Positions 58,477-64,000 of a DNA stretch of 64,000 nt are shown here, piece by piece. Both the position numbers and the translations under genes were made by a program. The notes under the pieces were generated by a model, which made no database searches, was not told the origin of the DNA, and saw only the letters and a program-made list of their open reading frames with translations. The stretch's first letter is position 1. Each line of letters begins with the position of its first letter. The DNA comes from Candidatus Eiseniibacteriota bacterium (GTDB taxonomy: Bacteria; Eisenbacteria; RBG-16-71-46; CAZAMP01): NCBI GenBank assembly GCA_965224245.1, contig OZ245046.1, positions 1,696,001 through 1,760,000 of the forward strand, given 5' to 3'.

Positions 58477-59853
58477 TCAGTCGGCCGTCCTCTCGTTCTC
58501 ATCGCGGCGGCCGTTACCGTACACGCCGAGCACCTTGTTCACGTGCCCACCGGCGTCGCGCTGGAACTCCAGGCGGAAGTTGTCCAGATCGCCCACCTGG
58601 AAGAGATCGTCACCCATCGGCGCCAGCCGGTGGCGGGGACGATCCTCGCGCTGGTAGTACAGAGCGCCGTCGTCGTCGAGGATGATCCTCCTCGGGCCGT
58701 AGCGGCCCACGTACTGCTCGAGCTGGCTCGGGGTCAGCTCGACCGGATCGAGCTCCGCCTCGACGTCGGCCAGCGCCCACTCGAGCGCGAAACGAGTGTC
58801 CTCTTCCGTCGCCGCCGCGCGCAGGGTCGTCAGAGCGTCGGCCCGCGCAGCCAGAAGCGCCCGGTCACTGCTCACCGCGATGTCGGGCCTCACCCCGACC
58901 CCCTCCCAGCCCTCGCCGTTCTCGGGGTTGTACGCCCGGCCGTACGGAAGGCGGATGCCCATCCGAAAGCCGTCGAAGGAGAAGAACTCCGAGGCGACGG
59001 TGTTCCCGGCGCCCGCGGTGGTGTCGCCGACGACGGTGGCCCGCTCGAGGTTCTTCAGGTCGAACGTGAACTCCTCCGCCGCGGAGCCGGTGAATCGACT
59101 GGTCAGGACGTAGACCGGTACGTCGGCCAGGCGGCGACCCGGTACGTGGTCCAGGGTGTAGGACTGGACCGTCTCGTCGATGGCGCGCTCGTACCAGTTG
59201 ATCAGGTGTACGCGCTCGTCGAACAGATAGCTCGCCAGCAGGCGAATCATCGAGGCGGCGCCACCGCCGTTCTGGCGCAGGTCGATGATCAGCGCGTGCG
59301 TGTTGGCGAGGAAGTTCATGGCCGCGATTGCCGCCTCGGCCGCGTCGGTGCCTTCGATGTGCGCGAACTCGTTCAGCTGCAGGTAGCCGATGTTGCCGGG
59401 CAGGATCTCGACCTTCTGGAAGCCGTAGTTCCGCTCGCGCTGGCGGCGCAAGAAGGCCTGCGTCTCCCGTGGGTTGTCCACCTGCTCCGCGGCCGACGGG
59501 TCGAGCGGCAACATCGCGCGGATGCCGAAGTGATTGTCGTGGTGGGTGGTCTGGGCGTCCTGCTCGAGCCGCTGGGCGAGCTCGACCGGATCGGTCAGCT
59601 CCTCGTAGGCGCCACGCGCCAGCTCGGCCTTCAAGAACACGACGATCCGCTCGGCGCCCTCCTGATCGACGTAGATGGAATCGATCGCGGCGCAGATGCT
59701 GTCCACGATGGCCCCGCGGATGGCCGCATCGATCGGGGGCAGCTCGCCAGGCTGGGCGAACATCCGCTGGGCGCGGGTGGACGAGGTGCACGACATCGAG
59801 ATCGCGAGGAGAAGCAAGAACGTGGTGACGAGACCGCACGCACGAGGCTTCAT
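58477..59853 (-). CDS. S41 family peptidase, secreted
   Basis: GNIGYL, IIDLRQNGGG, TGSAAEEF, WEGVGVRPD. Confidence 0.93.
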   Translation of the reverse strand: MKPRACGLVTTFLLLLAISMSCTSSTRAQRMFAQPGELPPIDAAIRGAIVDSICAAIDSIYVDQEGAERIVVFLKAELARGAYEELTDPVELAQRLEQDAQTTHHDNHFGIRAMLPLDPSAAEQVDNPRETQAFLRRQRERNYGFQKVEILPGNIGYLQLNEFAHIEGTDAAEAAIAAMNFLANTHALIIDLRQNGGGAASMIRLLASYLFDERVHLINWYERAIDETVQSYTLDHVPGRRLADVPVYVLTSRFTGSAAEEFTFDLKNLERATVVGDTTAGAGNTVASEFFSFDGFRMGIRLPYGRAYNPENGEGWEGVGVRPDIAVSSDRALLAARADALTTLRAAATEEDTRFALEWALADVEAELDPVELTPSQLEQYVGRYGPRRIILDDDGALYYQREDRPRHRLAPMGDDLFQVGDLDNFRLEFQRDAGGHVNKVLGVYGNGRRDENERTAD

Positions 59854-59928
59854 GGCTGGACCTCCGTCGTGCCAACCGTCTACTCCCCAGCCGCCGGACA
59901 GCTTCCGCCGGGGTCACCCTCGTAACTC

Positions 59929-59990
59929 GAAACCGCTCTTCATCCACCTGAGCTACGGGGCGATAACTCCTTGACCGAGCGGAGGATACA
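59929..59990 (-). repeat. Degenerate copy of tRNA-Arg 5' half and its upstream region (att-like)
   Basis: ATCCACCTGAGCTACGGGG at 59942-59960 equals 57109-57127; flanking GAAACCGCT and AGGATACAG also shared. Confidence 0.8.
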
Positions 59991-60073
59991 GCCGACTGCG
60001 TGAGATGACAATCCCGAAGCCCCCGGGCCTGGAGGACCGCCAACCCACCGAATCGCGGCCTCGCACGCCGTCT

Positions 60074-60916
60074 TCAGGGCTCCATTCGAGCCGCCGATCC
60101 GCTCACGACAATTCCCCCCGTCGCGGGAACCTCCACGCGAATCCGGCTCGGCCGACCCATCGCCTCCCCCTGCCGGATGAGAATGGCGGAGGGCACGGTG
60201 ATGAGTTTCGCGTCGCGAAGGTACCCGCCCAGAGCCGCCGCGGCGGCGCCGGTGGCTGGATCCTCGACCACGCCGCCGACGGGGAAAGGATTGCGTGAGT
60301 GAAAGACGTCCGAGCGCTCGCGCCAGATGAGCTGAAGCGTCGTGAGACCGTCGCGAAGCATCAGCGACCGGAGCCGATCGAAGTCATAGTCCAGCGCGGC
60401 CAGCCGCTGCCGGGTGGTGACCGCCAGCACCAGGTGCCAAGCTCCCGCATAGGCTCTGGCGGGCGGAATCGCATGATCCAGCTCGCCCGGTGGCCATCCA
60501 ATCGCCGAGAGCGCGTCCCAGACCAGCCCATCGGGCGCGGGCTCGACGACGGGCTCCACGGAGGTCAGCGAGGCCTCGCGGATGCCGTCGCGAGTCCGGA
60601 CCGTGACGGGAACCTCTCCCACGGCTGTCGCCAGTCGATAGTCTCCGTCGCCGTCGGCCTCACCCAGGACGACCCCGGTGGCGATCGTCGCGTGACCGCA
60701 GAAGGACACCTCCACTTCCGGGCTGTAGTAGCGAATGGTCCGGTCGCGGCCGTGCGCGGGGGCCACGAAGGCGGTCTCCGAGAAGCCCACTTCTGCGGCA
60801 ATCGACTGCATCTCCTCGGACGTCGGGAGCGACGACCCGATCCAGACACCGGCCGGGTTGCCTCCCCCGGGCTCGGCGGCAAAGGCGGAAAGTCGATGAA
60901 GCGATCCAGAGGTCAC
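60074..60916 (-). CDS. PhzF family isomerase/epimerase
   Basis: GGNPAGV, FSETAF, EVSFCGHAT, EDPATGAA, QGEAMGRPS. Confidence 0.93.
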   Translation of the reverse strand: MTSGSLHRLSAFAAEPGGGNPAGVWIGSSLPTSEEMQSIAAEVGFSETAFVAPAHGRDRTIRYYSPEVEVSFCGHATIATGVVLGEADGDGDYRLATAVGEVPVTVRTRDGIREASLTSVEPVVEPAPDGLVWDALSAIGWPPGELDHAIPPARAYAGAWHLVLAVTTRQRLAALDYDFDRLRSLMLRDGLTTLQLIWRERSDVFHSRNPFPVGGVVEDPATGAAAAALGGYLRDAKLITVPSAILIRQGEAMGRPSRIRVEVPATGGIVVSGSAARMEP

Positions 60917-61270
60917 GATGTGGTCCTTTCCGGTCGGATTCGCGTCCCGGACATTTCCGCTCGACCCGGGCTCCGAGATCGGTTCCCACATGGATCGACG
61001 CTCCCCTGGTACGCCCCGGGCGCCGGGTCGAGCACGATGTCGTCAGTACCGAATCGACTCACGTACTGCCACACCAGGGTACGTTCGGCGATCAGCTGCT
61101 CCGCGATCGCCCGAGAGGCCGCGTCGCCCATCTTGCACGATCGCGATCATGGTCCCCGTCCCGTCTGTTCCCATCTCGGTCTGCTCAGGCACGCCGTGAG
61201 TGCGTCAGTGCTCCTCGCAAAGGAACATCTGTACCTTCCATGGAACTCCACGACCCTCGAGGAGGACAGG

Positions 61271-61400
61271 ATGCCGCGCAAGGAGGACTTCCCGGTGATT
61301 CAAGCACTTCGACGACGCGGGGTCTACCTGGTGGACATCGCGGTCGATCCCGGCGTGAGCAAGAACACGATTTGGCGAGGTCCACGTCGTGGGGCGCCTG
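61271..61400 (+). pseudogene. IS21-family IstA N-terminal remnant
   Basis: MPRKEDFPVIQALRRRGVYLVDIA..GVSKNTI resembles the IstA HTH start; GGAGG RBS; truncated. Confidence 0.6.
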
Positions 61401-61640
61401 AAAGACGCCGGGATCGATCTCTCGGTCGGGAGCAAAGGCGACAGTCACGACGACGCGCTGGCCGAGACGATCATCGGACTGTACGAGACGGAGCTGATCC
61501 GTCGGGAAGGCCCGTGGCGGAACCTCGAGGACGTCGAGCTCGCCACGCTAGAGTGGGTGTCCTGGTTCACCGGCAAGCGTCCTTGGCAACTCCTCCCCTT
61601 CCCCTGTCCAGAGGCGGCTCCACGGGAGCCGGAGGAAAAC
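61395..61640 (+). mobile_element. IS3-family transposase C-terminal remnant
   Basis: RLKDAGIDLSVGSKGDSHDDALAETIIGLYETELIRREGPWRNLEDVELATLEWVSWF. Confidence 0.8.
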
Positions 61641-61688
61641 TTGCTTCGTCTCAATGCCGGTGCCGATCACATCGTATACTCTCCGGTC

Positions 61689-64000
61689 ATGGATGCAGAC
61701 CGGTACAGTCGACTCAAGCGGATCTTCTTCGAGGCCAGTTCCAGGGAAGTTGACGAGCGCGAAGCGTTCATCGACGAGGCATGCCGCGACGATCCCGAGC
61801 TCCGGTCGCAGGTCCACGATCTGCTCCAGACCGCTGGCCCGCTGACGCCCCATCTTGCCCGCTCCGACCTGCCCTCCGTCGAAGCGATCGGCGCCGGTGA
61901 TCGGATCGGTCCATACAACCTGCTGGAGAAGATCGGCGAGGGAGGGATGGGCACGGTCTGGCGCGCCCGGCAGGAGACGCCCGTCCGCCGCGAGGTCGCC
62001 GTCAAGCTCCTGCGGGCCGGAATCGAGACCGCGGATGCGCTGGCTCGCTTCGAGGCTGAGCGGCAGGCACTGGCGCTCATGGATCACCCCTGCATCGCGA
62101 AGGTGTACGAGGCCGGCACGACGAAAGGGGGGCGTCCCTTCTTCGCGATGGAGTACATCCGCGGCGAGCCTATCACCGAGTACTGCGACCGCCGCCGTCT
62201 CACGCTCCGCGAGCGCCTCGCCCTGTTCCTCCGCACGTGCGACGGGGTACGACACGCTCACCAGAAGGCGATCATCCACCGCGACCTCAAGCCGTCCAAC
62301 ATCCTGGTGACCGTCCTCGATGACCTGGCGGTGCCCAAGATCATCGACTTCGGCGTGGCCAAGGCGATGGCCCACCGCCTCACGGACCGCACGATGGTCA
62401 CCTACCTGGGGCAGCTGATTGGAACGCCGGAGTACATGAGCCCCGAGCAGGCCGAGATGGGTGGGGCCGATGTCGACACGAGAACGGACGTCTACGCGCT
62501 CGGCGTGATTCTCTACGAGCTCCTCTCCGGATCCCTTCCGTTCGATTCGAAGACGCTCCGCGAGGGCGGGTTCGAAGGCGTCCGTCGCCTCATTCGCGAG
62601 GTGGATCCGCTTCGCCCGAGCGAACGGCTCGGTTCGATGGGCCAGCAGCAGACGGACCACGTCGCGGCCGCGCGCGCGACCGAGCCCGTCATGCTCCTGG
62701 GCGCTGTGCGCGGCGACCTGGACTGGATCGTGATGAAGGCGCTGGAGAAGGACCCCGTCCGACGGTACGAGTCACCGTCCCAGCTCGCGGCGGACATTCA
62801 GCGCCATCTCGAAGACGAGCCCGTCGTTGCGCGACCGCCCAGCACGGCCTACCGGATGAGCAAGTTCCTCCGCCGCCATCGCGTCACCGTTTCCGTGGCC
62901 GCGCTCGTCGTCGGGCTCCTCGTCGTCTTCGCGGTGACGATGGCGTTTCAGGCCGCGCGGATCGCGCGCGAACGCGATCGCGCGAACGTCCAGACCGCGG
63001 TCGCACGGGAGACCACGGACTTCCTGGTCGACCTCTTCCGGGTCGCGGATCCGGCGGAATCGCGCGGAGAAGAGGTGACGGCTCGGGAACTCCTGGACCG
63101 GGGCTCCGCGCGGCTGTACGACGAGATCCAGGATCCCGCGGTGCGCGCAGAGCTCACGGGAGAGATCGGGCTCATTTACCAGAATCTCGGGCACTACCCC
63201 GAGGCCGGCCGGCTGCTCGGCGACGCGGCCGCGCTCCACGCCGAGACGTTCGGCCCAGACGATCCCCGGACGCTGGCGGCGCTGGATGATCTGGCCGGCC
63301 TGGAGGACGACGCGGGACGGTTCGCGGTGGCCGAGTCTCTCTATCTGGCGGTGCTCGACGGTTGGCGGCGCATCGGGGGCGAGGAGGACGAGCGCTACCT
63401 CGACACACGCCACGGCCTCGCGCTGGTGCACAAGAGCCAGGACCGGATGGAGGAGGCCGAGGAGGGGTTCCAGAGCGTCCTCGAGACGCTGCGGCGTCTC
63501 GGACGCGAGGACGAGCCGGCGGCGCTCGCGGCGCTGGCGAACCTGGCCACCGTCCATCTGCGGACGGGGAAGCCCGGCGAAGCCGAGCCCCTGCTGAAAG
63601 AGGTTCTCGCGCGGCGACGCAGGCTGCTCGGAGACGATCACCCGAGCACTCTCGGGACGATGGCGCGCCTCGGCTCCCTCTACCGTGAGATAGGACGGCA
63701 TGACGAGGCGGTGGAGATCCTCCGAGAGACTGCGAACGCGCAGAGAAGGGTCCTGGGGACCAGGCATCCCGACTACTCGATCACGCTGGAGTACCTGGCG
63801 AACGTCCATGCCGCCCGCGAGAACTGGGAGGAGGCCGCCGGGGCGTACACCGCGATTCTCGAGCTTCGACGCGACGAGCTCGGACCGGAGCACCCCAACA
63901 CGCTGATCTCCATGCACAACCTGAGCTCCGCGCTCGCGATGACTGGCCGACGGGCGGAAGCGGAGTCGCTGGCCACCCTCACCTGGGAGACACGCCGGCG
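61689..64000 (+). CDS. Ser/Thr protein kinase with TM and TPR repeats (partial, runs off right edge)
   Basis: Manual translation: MDADRYSRLKRIFFEA, GEGGMGTV, HRDLKPSN, DFGVAK, GTPEYMSPEQ, HPxTL TPRs; absent from the ORF track because there is no stop codon. Confidence 0.93.
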   Translation, partial: MDADRYSRLKRIFFEASSREVDEREAFIDEACRDDPELRSQVHDLLQTAGPLTPHLARSDLPSVEAIGAGDRIGPYNLLEKIGEGGMGTVWRARQETPVRREVAVKLLRAGIETADALARFEAERQALALMDHPCIAKVYEAGTTKGGRPFFAMEYIRGEPITEYCDRRRLTLRERLALFLRTCDGVRHAHQKAIIHRDLKPSNILVTVLDDLAVPKIIDFGVAKAMAHRLTDRTMVTYLGQLIGTPEYMSPEQAEMGGADVDTRTDVYALGVILYELLSGSLPFDSKTLREGGFEGVRRLIREVDPLRPSERLGSMGQQQTDHVAAARATEPVMLLGAVRGDLDWIVMKALEKDPVRRYESPSQLAADIQRHLEDEPVVARPPSTAYRMSKFLRRHRVTVSVAALVVGLLVVFAVTMAFQAARIARERDRANVQTAVARETTDFLVDLFRVADPAESRGEEVTARELLDRGSARLYDEIQDPAVRAELTGEIGLIYQNLGHYPEAGRLLGDAAALHAETFGPDDPRTLAALDDLAGLEDDAGRFAVAESLYLAVLDGWRRIGGEEDERYLDTRHGLALVHKSQDRMEEAEEGFQSVLETLRRLGREDEPAALAALANLATVHLRTGKPGEAEPLLKEVLARRRRLLGDDHPSTLGTMARLGSLYREIGRHDEAVEILRETANAQRRVLGTRHPDYSITLEYLANVHAARENWEEAAGAYTAILELRRDELGPEHPNTLISMHNLSSALAMTGRRAEAESLATLTWETRR

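Noticed and set aside
59929-59990. Second tRNA gene
   Set aside because: Anticodon loop, T-arm and 3' acceptor strand are missing.
60074-60916. Phenazine biosynthesis
   Set aside because: Lone PhzF-family gene with no other phz genes.
61020-61140. HTH-like minus-strand fragment (SRAIAEQLIAERTL)
   Set aside because: Too short and degenerate to assign.

Overview
High-GC bacterial window. The secreted proteins with FlgD-Ig-like C-termini, a C-terminal 'TWG' motif protein and the many Hanks kinases suggest an uncultured FCB-related lineage such as Eisenbacteria, Krumholzibacteriota or Latescibacterota (inference). The core is a ~25 kb minus-strand operon (17217-42412) for anaerobic aromatic degradation. 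It encodes a 4-hydroxybenzoyl-CoA-reductase-like enzyme (fused 2Fe-2S/Mo subunit plus a short FAD subunit), TetR, Oah, Dch, Had, class I benzoyl-CoA reductase bcrCBAD, beta-oxidation enzymes and a GNAT. Inside it sits an unusual second radical-enzyme module: a PanE-like 2-oxoacid reductase fused to a 2-hydroxyacyl-CoA dehydratase subunit that has lost all three Fe-S cysteines, an intact paralogous subunit, two activases and a CoA ligase. I propose that this module feeds aryl-pyruvates (Phe/Tyr) via aryl-lactyl-CoA and cinnamoyl-CoA into the benzoyl-CoA pathway; this is a hypothesis. The flanks carry five Ser/Thr kinases, a YopT-like Cys protease, a sigma54 mini-regulon with visible promoters and enhancer sites, two lipoprotein cytochromes c, secreted beta-propeller proteins, tRNA-Arg(CCT) with a duplicated 5' half 2.8 kb upstream, and IS21/IS3 remnants. 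All calls come from motif recognition; no database searches were run.
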